Shown here: positions 29,918 to 39,781 of the stretch, piece after piece | Layout: every line of letters begins with the position of its first letter | Numbering within the stretch: position 1 is the first letter of the stretch | Assembly: GCA_023389175.1 (NCBI GenBank) | Contig: JAEWEW010000070.1 | Span: 1 to 58,189, forward strand | Direction: 5' to 3' | Length of the DNA stretch: 58,189 nt | Source of the DNA: Pseudomonadota bacterium | GTDB taxonomy: Bacteria; Pseudomonadota; Gammaproteobacteria; Burkholderiales; Burkholderiaceae_E | Notes under the pieces: model-generated | The model's database searches: none | What the model was told of the DNA's origin: nothing | What the model saw: only the letters and a program-made list of their open reading frames with translations | Program-made: the position numbers and the translations under genes

Positions 29918-30012
29918 TTTAAGCTCCAATGGAAGAGGTAGGGGTTGGGATTCTCGGGAAACCGCCGGGCCGCCGGGATCAACGAACGGCCCGTCCGGAT
30001 GCCGCGCAGTAT

Positions 30013-30276
30013 TCAGGCGGCTCGTATCGGAAATGCGTTGACCGGCCGCCGATTTGTCGCACGCTTGTATCCGGCCAGCGACACCGGCCCGAGGCCGGCA
30101 TCCGTGCCGCGCCACGGCAGGCTGTCCTCGGCGTCGCGTCGGCCGAAGCGGACCACACGGCCGATGTCCGCGCGGGACACGCCGATGTCCCGCAGCATCC
30201 TCTCGTCCAGCTCGTTCAGTTCCGCGGCCGCCTTGCTGAGCCGCCACCAGTCGAAGATCTTCCGCAGTATGTTCAT
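30013..30276 (-). CDS. DUF1127 (YjiS-like) small protein
   Basis: WWR...ELNELDERMLRDIGVSRADI signature; GGAG RBS. Confidence 0.9.
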   Translation of the reverse strand: MNILRKIFDWWRLSKAAAELNELDERMLRDIGVSRADIGRVVRFGRRDAEDSLPWRGTDAGLGPVSLAGYKRATNRRPVNAFPIRAA

Positions 30277-30781
30277 GACGTTCTCCAGGAAGTGGTTTGA
30301 CGGGCGCGCTACGCAGACTCAGCGGCGCCGCGCGAAAGCACCTTTCCTGCAAAGCGGGCAGCGGGGTGCTCCGGGAGTTAGTCTTCCGGGGTGCGGTATC
30401 CCCGTGACGTCGGGACGGTCCCACTTTGTATTCCGTGCGCAATGAATCCGTAGCCGCCCCGGTACCCGACCGCGACCCCATGCGGAGCCGCAGGCCCGCA
30501 GCGGCCCGGCTGCGCGCCCGGCCTGCGCCTCTACCCGTGGATGATGGAGAACGATCGGGGCGCGCGGATGCGCAACCAGGGAGGCTGCGCGCGCTCGCGC
30601 GCGCACCGCAGGCAAGCAGCCTGCGGCTCCTCTGGTCGCATGACCTCACGAAGTTCGAGTGGCTTGCGGGCCGACCTGCCAAGGAGCCGGCCGCGGCGCT
30701 TGCGACCGCGGCGGTCGCGGCACTAGCCGGATAACAGGCGGCCGCCGGCGACGTCGAGGAAACTGCGGCGTCGGTGCGCCG

Positions 30782-31039
30782 CTATGCGGCGATCGACCAG
30801 TCGCACTTGACCAGGTCGCCTTCGATCCGGTCCGCGAGCTTATCCGCGGCCATGGACAGCTGGCGCAGGTGGGCGGTGTGACGGCGGGCGCGAGCCTCGC
30901 CGGAGAGCGGCGCCATCTCCGCGAAGTCGTAGTGCTCCAGCAGGTAGAGGCGCAGCTCCTGCACGCTCCTGAAGGAGATTTCTTCGGTGTCACCGCCGGT
31001 GGTGACACGGATGGAGAGGTGGTTGTCGCTCATGTTCAC
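30782..31039 (-). CDS. Hypothetical protein (85 aa)
   Basis: Balanced, globular-like composition unlike the shadow ORFs; no recognised family. Confidence 0.55.
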   Translation of the reverse strand: MNMSDNHLSIRVTTGGDTEEISFRSVQELRLYLLEHYDFAEMAPLSGEARARRHTAHLRQLSMAADKLADRIEGDLVKCDWSIAA

Positions 31040-31216
31040 AGCCTGTCACTGCCCGCTTACGTGCTGTGGTCGCAGCCTATCGGACTTTATCGAGTCTATC
31101 AGCGGCATGCGTCACGCAAAGGCTCGATCGGCCATCTGATGCCGACCGGCAACAGGAAACAAGCCAATATCCTTCAACGCTCGGACACACGGTCGCCCGA
31201 GTGGCATCCAATGCGC

Positions 31217-31843
31217 TCAGTTGACCGTCCCCACCACCCGGTAGGCGAGCGCCAGCAGGCGCGAGCTGATCGTGATGCCGCTTTCCTGCGCGTTGTCGAT
31301 CGACACCTCGAAGCGCACCCGCCCGTCCACGGTGACGAAGTTGACCACCACGCCGTAGTCGAGGGCGCCGTCGACCTCCGAGACCGGCAGCGTGGACGTC
31401 TCGCGGGCGGCGCGCGCTTCCGCGCGCAGGCGGTGCTGCTGGGTGCGGTCGATGAAGAGCATGTGCACGCCTGCCGGCTGCTCGCCCGGCGCAACCGCCC
31501 GCGCGACGACGGGACGGCCCTGCGCGGTGCGACCCGCCAGCGTCGCACCCAGCTCGTCCGCGATGTCCGGTGCGCCCATCACGCCGATCACCAGCGGTTC
31601 GCCGGCCGGCGGCATGACACGCTCCGGCCAGGTGATGAAGCTGAGGAACTTGTAGAGGAAGGCCGCCTTGACGCGGCGCTCGAGCATCGACGACGGCTCC
31701 TGGGGAATCGCCTCCGTGGGCGCCAGCCCGGCGACCAGCAGCACGACTGCCGGCAACGCGGCGGCGACCAGGCGGCGAAGCCGGGCGCCGTCTCGGCGCG
31801 CCGGCGGCCGTCTCCCGATCCGCCAACCCGGCCGGCCCGTCAT
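31217..31843 (-). CDS. YfiR family (DUF4154) periplasmic protein
   Basis: VKAAFLYKFLSFITWP and VNFVTVDGRVRFEV...ISSRLLALA motifs; ATGA coupling to the upstream gene. Confidence 0.9.
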   Translation of the reverse strand: MTGRPGWRIGRRPPARRDGARLRRLVAAALPAVVLLVAGLAPTEAIPQEPSSMLERRVKAAFLYKFLSFITWPERVMPPAGEPLVIGVMGAPDIADELGATLAGRTAQGRPVVARAVAPGEQPAGVHMLFIDRTQQHRLRAEARAARETSTLPVSEVDGALDYGVVVNFVTVDGRVRFEVSIDNAQESGITISSRLLALAYRVVGTVN

Positions 31844-33909
31844 GGCCGCCACGCCAGTTGCAGGAAGACGCTGCGCTCGTGCTCGACGCGGTTCGTCGCC
31901 GGGCCCCACTCGGGATGGCGCGGATCGAAGAGGTTCTCCGCCACCACCGCGACGTCCAGCTCGCGCGAAACCTGCCAGCCAAAGCGGGCGCTGACCGCGG
32001 TATACGCGGGCACCCGAGGCTCCGGCAGCGCGCCGACCCGGCGGATCGCGACGTCGAAGGTGTGGCGCGAGGTGACGTTCCAGAGGGAGCGCAGCTTCCA
32101 CCAGTGGCTCGGGTCGTTGCCGAGGGCACGCAGCCCGCCGGCATCGACCACGCCGGGCCGCACGCTCAGGTCCTGGTCGAGCAGCGTCAGGCCGCCGTAG
32201 AGACGCCAGGCCCGGGTCACCTGCCAGGTGGTCCAGGTCTCGACGCCGGTCGTGCGGCCCCGGATGCCGTTGCCAAAGACCAGCCCGCCGCCCTCGGGCT
32301 CGAGGCTGCGCAGGCGGTCATGGTCGTGATAGAACAGCGTGGTGCTCAGGGTCACTGCGGGCGAGAGCTGTCCGCGGTAGCCGACCTCCACCACGTTGGC
32401 GACCTCGGATTCGAAATCCGGGCCGCCGCGGATGAGCGGGCTCTCCGCAGGCGAGTAGAAGTCGCGCTCGATCCGGGCTGGCGCCCGCACGGCTCTGGCG
32501 ACGGAGCCCCAGAAGTGGTGGTTCGGAGCGGCCTGCCAGGCGAGGCGCAGGTTCGGCAGGAGCTCGGCTCCGGTGTAGACGTTGCGCTCCAGCTTCGCGC
32601 CGATGGTCAGCGAGAAGTTCCGGCGCAGGGCGATCTCGTCCTGCACGAAGACGTTGTACCACTCGAGCGTCCGGCGGGTCGGGAAGAAGCCCAGGTAGAC
32701 GCTGTTCTGCACGCGGTCGCGGGCCTGCCGGTAGCCCGCGCCGTAGATCAAGCGGTGTCGTTCGGCCGGCCGCAGCGAATGCTGCACCTCGAGGCTGGTC
32801 GTGGCGAGCCGGTCCCGGAACACGCCGGCGACATCGGGCTGGCGCCGGTTGCTGCGGTCGTGGTAGGCGAGCACCTGCAGCTCCGAGGCCGGGGCCAGCT
32901 CCAGGTTCCAGCGGGCAAGCAGGTTCGCTCCGGAGACGGTGCGCCGGGACGGCGACTGGTCGATGTCGCTGGTGTAGGCGTCCCCCTGGACGGTGAAGCG
33001 GCTGGCACGCGTCCCCCAGTCGGTCCTGAACCCGGCCTGGCTGCGCCGGGCCGCATCGACCGCCGACGAGCCGTCGGCGCGCTCGGTGTCGGAACGATCC
33101 AGCGTCTTCGCATACAGCCGGTAGCTGCCGCCGTTGTCCAGCCGCGCGCCGTAGCGCGCGCCCACGCCGCGGTCCCGGTTCCCGAGATGCCCGCTGACCA
33201 GCGTGCCCTGGGTCTGCGCGGCAGCGCGCGTGATGATGCTGATCACGCCGTTGACCGCGTTGGCGCCGTGCAGGGTGGCGCCGGGGCCGCTGATCACCTC
33301 GATCCGCTCGATATCCTCCAGGAAGACGTCCTGCGCCTCCCAGAGCACGCCGGAGTTGAATGGCGAGTAGACGATGCGGCCGTCGATGGTCACGAGCAGC
33401 TTGTTGGCCAGCGTGTTGTTGAAGCCCCGCGCGCTGATCGCATGGATGCTGGCATCGGCCCTGGCCACGTTCAGGTTCGGCGCGAGGCGCAGCGCCTCGG
33501 TCAGGGTGGTTGCGCCCGAGCGGCGGATGTCGTCGGCGGTGATCACGAAGATCGAGGCCGCGGCGCTGGAGAGGCGTTCCTCGCGCAGCGACACCGAGGT
33601 GACCTGCAGGTTGCTGAGCTCCTCGAGCGAGAGGTCCACCAGCTCCCCCAGCGTCGCTTCGTGCGGCGCCTTCCTCGAGGCGGCATGGCCTGCGCCGGCC
33701 ATCGCGCAGGTGAGCAGCGCGATCGCCATCGGCAGGCACAAGGATGTCGGTACGCCACTGCGAGCGCCAGCCACCGGACGGTTCCTCCCTTCTCGTCGCG
33801 CCGGTTCGGGTTCGGAACGGAAGCGCCATCCCGGCCGCACCGGCGGGCGGATTGTACGGTCGCGCGCCAGCATCCGCGTGTCTCCCACGATCCAGGCCCG
33901 TTGCGTCAT
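31840..33909 (-). CDS. TonB-dependent receptor
   Basis: DLSLEELSNLQVTSVS, plug domain IERIEVISGPGATLHGANAVNGVI, C-terminal FLQLAW; true start may be downstream. Confidence 0.92.
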   Translation of the reverse strand: MTQRAWIVGDTRMLARDRTIRPPVRPGWRFRSEPEPARREGRNRPVAGARSGVPTSLCLPMAIALLTCAMAGAGHAASRKAPHEATLGELVDLSLEELSNLQVTSVSLREERLSSAAASIFVITADDIRRSGATTLTEALRLAPNLNVARADASIHAISARGFNNTLANKLLVTIDGRIVYSPFNSGVLWEAQDVFLEDIERIEVISGPGATLHGANAVNGVISIITRAAAQTQGTLVSGHLGNRDRGVGARYGARLDNGGSYRLYAKTLDRSDTERADGSSAVDAARRSQAGFRTDWGTRASRFTVQGDAYTSDIDQSPSRRTVSGANLLARWNLELAPASELQVLAYHDRSNRRQPDVAGVFRDRLATTSLEVQHSLRPAERHRLIYGAGYRQARDRVQNSVYLGFFPTRRTLEWYNVFVQDEIALRRNFSLTIGAKLERNVYTGAELLPNLRLAWQAAPNHHFWGSVARAVRAPARIERDFYSPAESPLIRGGPDFESEVANVVEVGYRGQLSPAVTLSTTLFYHDHDRLRSLEPEGGGLVFGNGIRGRTTGVETWTTWQVTRAWRLYGGLTLLDQDLSVRPGVVDAGGLRALGNDPSHWWKLRSLWNVTSRHTFDVAIRRVGALPEPRVPAYTAVSARFGWQVSRELDVAVVAENLFDPRHPEWGPATNRVEHERSVFLQLAWRP

Positions 33910-36167
33910 GCGTCGACCGGATGCGCCCCGGTCGGGCGGATGCGGGCGAGCAGGTCGAGCACCACGTCAGGCCCCACCGGCTTGGTCAGGTGGGCGTCGA
34001 AGCCGGCATCGGTCGCCTTGCGCTTGTCCGCCTCGCTGCCCCAGCCGGTGAGCGCGATGAGCGCCGTCCGGTCGAGCGCGCGCTCGCCGCGCATGCGGCG
34101 GGCCACCTCGTAGCCGTTCATGCCCGGCAGGCCGATGTCCAGCAGTATCGCGTCGGGCGGCTCGGCGATGGCGGCGGCGAGCGCGTCGGGTCCGCTGTGC
34201 ACCATCGCGGCGCGATGCCCGGACATCTCGAGCAGCATGACCATGGTCCTGGCCGCGTCGACGTTGTCGTCCACCACGAGCATCCGCAACGAGGGTTGCT
34301 CCCCGACGGCGGCCGCCGCCGCGGGTGCCGCGGCGTCCGGCCGCGCCTCGCGGCGCGCGCACGGCAGCCGGATGGTGAACTCGCTGCCGAGGCCCGGGCC
34401 GGCGCTCGTTGCCTGCACGGTGCCGGCATGCAGGTCGATCAGCCGGCGGACGATGGACAAGCCGATGCCGAGCCCGCCCTGCGCATCGCCCATGGTCGCG
34501 CCGACCTGGGTGAACATGTCGAACACGCGGTCGAGCATCTCGGCCGGGATGCCCGCCCCGTTGTCGGCGATTCGGATCACCGCCTCGTCGCCTTCGCGGC
34601 TCGCCGCGAGGCTGATGCGCTCGCCGCGGGGCGTGTACTTGGCCGCGTTGTTCAGGATGTTGCTGATCGCCTGGGCCATCCGCGTGAGATCGGCGAAGAT
34701 CGGAATGGGCTCGTCCGGCATGCTGACCGAAAGCTGCTGGCCGGCGGCCTCGATGAATGGGGCGCTCGCCTCGATCGACGCCTCCACGGCCTCCTGCACG
34801 CTGATGTACGCCTTGTCCAGCTTGACCTTCGCGCTGGTGATGCGCGAGATGTCGAGCAGGTCGTCCACGAGCCGCACCATGTGGATCAACTGGCGCTCGA
34901 TGATCTCCCGCGCCTTGACTGCGCTGTCGGATCCGGCCGGCGCTGCCGCGAGGATCTGCAGGCCGGTGCGGATCGGCGCGAGCGGATTGCGCAGCTCGTG
35001 GGCGAGCGTGGCGATGAACTCGTCCTTGCGCCGATTCGCCTCGTGCAGCGCCGCCTCCGCGGCCTTGCGGCCGTGGATGTCGATGATCGATCCGGCCATC
35101 CGGTAAGGCGTCCCGGTCTCCGCCGCCACCGCTTCGCCGCTCATGTAGAACCAGCGGTGCTCGCCTGAGCGGGTCCGGATCCGCAGCTCCCGGCGGTAGG
35201 GTCGATGAGGCGACGAGAGATGCTCGTCGAGCGCCCGTCGAGTCGGGGCGCGGTCGTCCGGGTGCAGCAGCTCGAGCACGGCCTCGATGCCCTTGCCGCC
35301 CCCGGCCTCGTCGTAGTCCACGAGCTCCTTGAAGCTCGGCGAAAGGAACACGTGGTTCGCCTCGATATTCCAGTCCCACAGGCCGGCGCTCGAGCCGCGC
35401 ACGGCCAGGTGATAGCGCTCGTCGCTCTCGTGCAGGGCGCGGTTGGAGGCCTCCAGCACCTCGGCGCGCCGCCCCAGCTCCGTCAGCATGTCGTTGAACG
35501 CATCCACCAGCACGCCGATCTCGTCGTCCGTGGTGCGGGCCGCGCGCAGCGAGTAGTCGCGCTGCTCCATCACGCGGCGCGCCACGTCGGAGATCGCCGT
35601 CACCGGGCGGGTCAGCGACGCCTGCAGCCGATTGGTGAGCAGGAGCGCGGTCAGCAGGCTGATCGCCATCACGACGCCGAGCACCCCGAGGTAGTAGCGA
35701 AGCCGCTGCATCGACTCGTCCCGCCCGAGCAGGTAGACGGTGCCGATCAGCTCGCCCTCGCTCAGCACCGGGCGGAACAGCGAAAGCCCGTGGTCCTCGA
35801 AGCGGGCATCGGGGTCACCGGGCTCCACCGGAAAGCTGATCGGACTCGCATCGTCGCGCGCGAAAGTGGCGAAGAGCGAGCCGTCCGCCTCGTAAACCGC
35901 GGCAGCCGAGACGGCCGAGCTCGCGCGCAGCAGCCCGAGGTTCTCCCGCGCCGCCTTCGGGTCGTCGAAGGCGAGCGCTGCGACGCTGGCGGTGCCGACG
36001 ATGTCCGCCTGGGTCGCGAGATCGGCCTCCAGCGTCTCACGGTAGCTCTTCAGGTCGAAGACGACCATGATGGCGCCGGCGATGGCGAGCGCGATGAACG
36101 TCGTCGCGAGGACGATGGTGATGAGCTTCTGGCGAATCGAGCGGCCGCCGGGCAGCAACCATCTCAT
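33906..36167 (-). CDS. Hybrid histidine kinase (periplasmic sensor-HAMP-PAS-HisKA-HATPase-REC)
   Basis: [51 protein letters not shown]. Confidence 0.92.
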   Translation of the reverse strand: MRWLLPGGRSIRQKLITIVLATTFIALAIAGAIMVVFDLKSYRETLEADLATQADIVGTASVAALAFDDPKAARENLGLLRASSAVSAAAVYEADGSLFATFARDDASPISFPVEPGDPDARFEDHGLSLFRPVLSEGELIGTVYLLGRDESMQRLRYYLGVLGVVMAISLLTALLLTNRLQASLTRPVTAISDVARRVMEQRDYSLRAARTTDDEIGVLVDAFNDMLTELGRRAEVLEASNRALHESDERYHLAVRGSSAGLWDWNIEANHVFLSPSFKELVDYDEAGGGKGIEAVLELLHPDDRAPTRRALDEHLSSPHRPYRRELRIRTRSGEHRWFYMSGEAVAAETGTPYRMAGSIIDIHGRKAAEAALHEANRRKDEFIATLAHELRNPLAPIRTGLQILAAAPAGSDSAVKAREIIERQLIHMVRLVDDLLDISRITSAKVKLDKAYISVQEAVEASIEASAPFIEAAGQQLSVSMPDEPIPIFADLTRMAQAISNILNNAAKYTPRGERISLAASREGDEAVIRIADNGAGIPAEMLDRVFDMFTQVGATMGDAQGGLGIGLSIVRRLIDLHAGTVQATSAGPGLGSEFTIRLPCARREARPDAAAPAAAAAVGEQPSLRMLVVDDNVDAARTMVMLLEMSGHRAAMVHSGPDALAAAIAEPPDAILLDIGLPGMNGYEVARRMRGERALDRTALIALTGWGSEADKRKATDAGFDAHLTKPVGPDVVLDLLARIRPTGAHPVDA

Positions 36168-36343
36168 GTGCAGCGACCCGCCACAAGCCCGATTGCGGCG
36201 CGGTCGTCCGGATCGATTCCACCCCCTGACCGCATGCGATTCCCGTCTCGTTCTATCGCGGCAGTATAAGTGCCGTTCGAAACGCTACCAAGGGGACGAC
36301 CCGGAGGATGCCGCGGTGACCGCGGGCGGATAACATCGCCCGC

Positions 36344-37528
36344 ATGCTGCGTGGCATCCTGGTCGCCCTGCTTCTCTCGTTCGGCCCGACGGTCTCGAAC
36401 TCCTTCGCCCGCTTCTCCTACGCGCTGGTGCTGCCCGCGATGCGGGAGGACCTGCAGCTCAGCTACTCGCAGGGGGGCTGGCTCAACACCGCGAACGCCC
36501 TCGGATACCTGGCCGGCGCGATCCTCACCTGGACGCTGGTACGCCGCACCGGAAATCGCCTGATCTTCGGCATCGGCATGGTCGTGACCGCGGCGTCCCT
36601 GCTCGCCACCGGCCTCACCGCCGACTTCACGCTGCTCACGGTCGCGCGGCTGCTTGCCGGCGTCGGTGGCGCCATGGTGTTCATCACCGGCGGCGCGCTG
36701 GCCGGCAACGTCTTCCCGGGTCGGCCCGAGCTCGCGACCACGACCATCCTGCTCTACTTCGCGGGCGCCGGCATCGGCCTGATGCTGAGCGGGGTGGCAC
36801 TGCCGCTGCTGCTGGAGGCCCGCGGCAGCGAAGCCTGGCCGCAAGCCTGGATCACCATGGGATGGGCCAGCATCGCGATGACCATCGCCGCCGCCTGGGC
36901 CGCATGGCGGATCGACGAGCCGCAGGCGGCCGCCGGCAGCACCGCCTGGCCGGTTGGCGAGTTCCTGCCGTTGCTCGGCTCGTACATCTGCTTCGGGCTC
37001 GGCTACATCGCCTACATGACCTTCGTCATCGCCTGGATGCGGGACAATGGCGCGGGTACCGGCAGCGTGGTCACCGTGTGGTTCGTGCTCGGGCTCGCGA
37101 CCCTGGTCGCGCCGCTCGTCTGGACGCGTCCGTGCAACCGCTGGCCCGGTGGCCGCCCGCTTGCCGCGGTCATGCTGGTGCTTTCCTCCGGCGCGATGCT
37201 GCCGGTCGTCGCCGTCACGCCCGGCGCGATGGTGGCTTCGGCGGCGCTCTTCGGCCTGGCAGGATTCAGCGCGCCGTCGGCGATCGGCGCCTTCGTGCGC
37301 AAGGCGCTGCCCAAGCCGGCCTGGGGATCGGCCATGGCATTCTTCACCATCGCCTTCGCGGCGAGCCAGATCGCCGGCCCGGTGCTCACCGGCTGGGTGG
37401 CCGACCGGACCGGCTCGCTGAGCCCCGGCCTGATGGGCTCCGCCCTGCTGCTCATGGTCGGTTCCGCGATCGCCCTGGCACAGAAGGAACGGCGCCACGC
37501 GGCGCCGCCGGGACACCAGCGCACGTAG
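36344..37528 (+). CDS. MFS transporter (YbfB/YjiJ family)
   Basis: FARFSYALVLPAMR..LNTANALGYLAG and FGLGYIAYMTF motifs. Confidence 0.88.
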   Translation: MLRGILVALLLSFGPTVSNSFARFSYALVLPAMREDLQLSYSQGGWLNTANALGYLAGAILTWTLVRRTGNRLIFGIGMVVTAASLLATGLTADFTLLTVARLLAGVGGAMVFITGGALAGNVFPGRPELATTTILLYFAGAGIGLMLSGVALPLLLEARGSEAWPQAWITMGWASIAMTIAAAWAAWRIDEPQAAAGSTAWPVGEFLPLLGSYICFGLGYIAYMTFVIAWMRDNGAGTGSVVTVWFVLGLATLVAPLVWTRPCNRWPGGRPLAAVMLVLSSGAMLPVVAVTPGAMVASAALFGLAGFSAPSAIGAFVRKALPKPAWGSAMAFFTIAFAASQIAGPVLTGWVADRTGSLSPGLMGSALLLMVGSAIALAQKERRHAAPPGHQRT

Positions 37529-37654
37529 TGCCGCGCCAATCGCAAGCCGGATCGGCGCGGTCTCGGCCGGGCGACTTGAGCAACGATCGGGGTCGGGCGC
37601 CGTATCATCGTCCGGGATGACGTGGCCCCGTCGGGTTCGGCGGTGGGCATCCTG

Positions 37655-39106
37655 ATGCAGGAGCACCGGTTCAACCAGGCGGAGGGCGGCGGCGTGCCAG
37701 GCAAGGAAGTGGCCTTCGAGGGGCGCCTCGTGATCACCGGCTTCGGCAGCATCGGCCAGGGCGTGCTGCCCTTGCTGCTCCGACACGTCGAGATGCCGCC
37801 GGAACGGGTGCTCGTGATCGATGCCCAGTCCGACGACGTGCACGTGGCCGACACCTTCGGGGTGCGTCACGTCACGGCGCCGTTGGACGAGCGTAACTAC
37901 CAGGCGGTGCTCGCGCCGCACCTCGGGCCGGGCGACTTCCTGCTGAACCTCTCGGTCGGGGTCAGCAGCATCGCCCTGATGCGCCATTGCCGCCAGCACG
38001 GCGCGCTTTACCTGGACACCTGCACCGAGCCGTGGCACGGCGGCTATTCCGACCCGGCGCTCCCGCCGGCCGAGCGTACCAACTACGCCCTGCGCGAGGC
38101 GGCGCTGGCCCTGCGCGAACCCGGCCCGGCGCCGACCGCCGTCATCACCCATGGCGCGAACCCGGGCCTGGTTTCCCATTTCGTCAAGCAGGCGCTGCTC
38201 GATCTCGCGCGCGATGCCGACGGGGCGGCGGTGCCTGTCCCGGCGTCGCGTGCCGGCTGGGCAGCCCTCGCCGCTCGGCTCGGGGTGCGCGTGATCCATG
38301 TCGCCGAGCGCGACACCCAGTGGACCGCCCGGCGCAAGTCGCCCGGCGAGTTCGTCAACACCTGGTCCGTGCAGGGGTTCATCGACGAGAGCCTGCAGCC
38401 GGCGGAACTCGGCTGGGGCACCCACGAGCGGCACTTCCCGGCGGACGGCATGCGCCACGAGACCGGCTGCCGCGCGGCCATCTTCCTCGGCCGCCCCGGC
38501 GGCGGCACGCGCGTGCGCAGCTGGACACCGCTCGCCGGCCCGTTCCACGGCTTCCTCATCACGCATTCCGAGGCGATCTCGCTTGCCGACTATCTCACCG
38601 TCGGCGATCCGGCGCGGCCCCGGTACCGCCCCACGGTCCACTATGCCTACCATCCGTGCGACGATGCGGTCCTGTCGCTGCACGAGCTCGCCGGGCGCAA
38701 CTGGCGCCCGCAGGAGCGCCGGAGGCTGATCCGCGACGATGTCGTCGGCGGCCGCGACGAGCTCGGCGTGCTGCTGATGGGACATGCGCGCGGCGCATAC
38801 TGGTACGGCTCCCGGCTTTCGGCGGAAGAGGCGCGCAGCGCCGCACCGTTCAACAGCGCGACCAGCCTGCAGGTGGCCGCGCCGGTGATGGCCGGTGTCG
38901 TGTGGGCAATCCGCAATCCGGAGGCAGGCGTGGTGGAGCCGGAGGCGTTGCCCTTCGACCAGATCCTGCGGCTGTGCCGCCCCTATCTCGGCGAGGTGTG
39001 CGGCGCCTACGGCGACTGGACTCCGCTGCAGGACCGCGCGCTGCTGTTCGACGAACCGGTCGACCGCACTGATCCCTGGCAGTTCGGGAACTTCCGGGTC
39101 TCGTGA
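37655..39106 (+). CDS. hss: Homospermidine synthase
   Basis: GFGSIGQG, YLDTCTEPW, HGANPGLVSHFVK, NTWSVQGF and NSATSLQV motifs. Confidence 0.92.
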   Translation: MQEHRFNQAEGGGVPGKEVAFEGRLVITGFGSIGQGVLPLLLRHVEMPPERVLVIDAQSDDVHVADTFGVRHVTAPLDERNYQAVLAPHLGPGDFLLNLSVGVSSIALMRHCRQHGALYLDTCTEPWHGGYSDPALPPAERTNYALREAALALREPGPAPTAVITHGANPGLVSHFVKQALLDLARDADGAAVPVPASRAGWAALAARLGVRVIHVAERDTQWTARRKSPGEFVNTWSVQGFIDESLQPAELGWGTHERHFPADGMRHETGCRAAIFLGRPGGGTRVRSWTPLAGPFHGFLITHSEAISLADYLTVGDPARPRYRPTVHYAYHPCDDAVLSLHELAGRNWRPQERRRLIRDDVVGGRDELGVLLMGHARGAYWYGSRLSAEEARSAAPFNSATSLQVAAPVMAGVVWAIRNPEAGVVEPEALPFDQILRLCRPYLGEVCGAYGDWTPLQDRALLFDEPVDRTDPWQFGNFRVS

Positions 39107-39256
39107 GCTGCTGCCACGAGCCTTGCTGAAAGATGCGGCGAAAGGGTATCCGGGAAATCCGGTGGGTCGCAGGCGCGCGGGATGGACTACCATCGCCGCG
39201 GACCCGTATCCCGGGAACCACCTTCACCCTCATCCGAACCTGAGTCCTTGCCGCCA

Positions 39257-39760
39257 GTGAAGCGCTCGACCGCCCCTCTCCTCGTCCTGCTCGCGCTCAT
39301 CGCCGGCTGTGCCTCCTCGGAGCTGGCCACGTCCACGGCGACCACGCCGGTCCTCGCGCAGGAAGCCGTGCGGCCGCCCGACTGGGCGGTGACCAGCCTG
39401 ACCGTGGGCGAGCTGCTCGCCAAGGGCGGCAGGCAACTGACCGGCGCGCAGGTCAAGAACCTCTTCGACCGGGCCGTGATGGAAGGCGTCGACGGCAACA
39501 CTGTCTGGCGGGAGATGAGCTTCGCGGACGGCAAGGTCACCGGCCAGACCCGGATGGGCGCGGACCTCAGCATCGACTACCAGGGAACCTGGTGGGTGGA
39601 CGAGCAGGGGCGGCGCTGCTGGGTCAACGAACGCTTCGCCGGCTACCCGCCCAACTGCATGTACTACTACCTGCTCGACGGCCGCTACTACGTCTCCGAG
39701 GCGGATCCCTCGCGCAAGGGCGCCGGGCTGGAGGTGCGCCGCATCAGCAAGTCACCCTAG
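39257..39760 (+). CDS. Hypothetical lipoprotein (DUF995-like beta domain)
   Basis: Lipobox LIAGC after a GTG start; GTWWVDEQGRRC motif. Confidence 0.6.
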   Translation: MKRSTAPLLVLLALIAGCASSELATSTATTPVLAQEAVRPPDWAVTSLTVGELLAKGGRQLTGAQVKNLFDRAVMEGVDGNTVWREMSFADGKVTGQTRMGADLSIDYQGTWWVDEQGRRCWVNERFAGYPPNCMYYYLLDGRYYVSEADPSRKGAGLEVRRISKSP

Positions 39761-39781
39761 GCGCCCAAGCCTGGCCGGAGG

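Noticed and set aside
29918..30682. 412-aa extended version of the repeat ORF (29444-30682)
   Set aside because: The upstream part is Arg/Ala/Pro-rich shadow sequence overlapping the DUF1127 gene in another frame; a good RBS precedes the ATG at 29917.
30426..30734. 102-aa plus-strand ORF
   Set aside because: Low-complexity Ala/Arg composition, no clear RBS or family; cannot be supported.
36164..39193. 1009-aa minus-strand ORF and many similar long antisense ORFs (e.g. 5646-7733, 14117-16297, 31858-34113, 52792-55302)
   Set aside because: Shadow ORFs opposite well-supported genes, expected in very high-GC DNA; no motifs.
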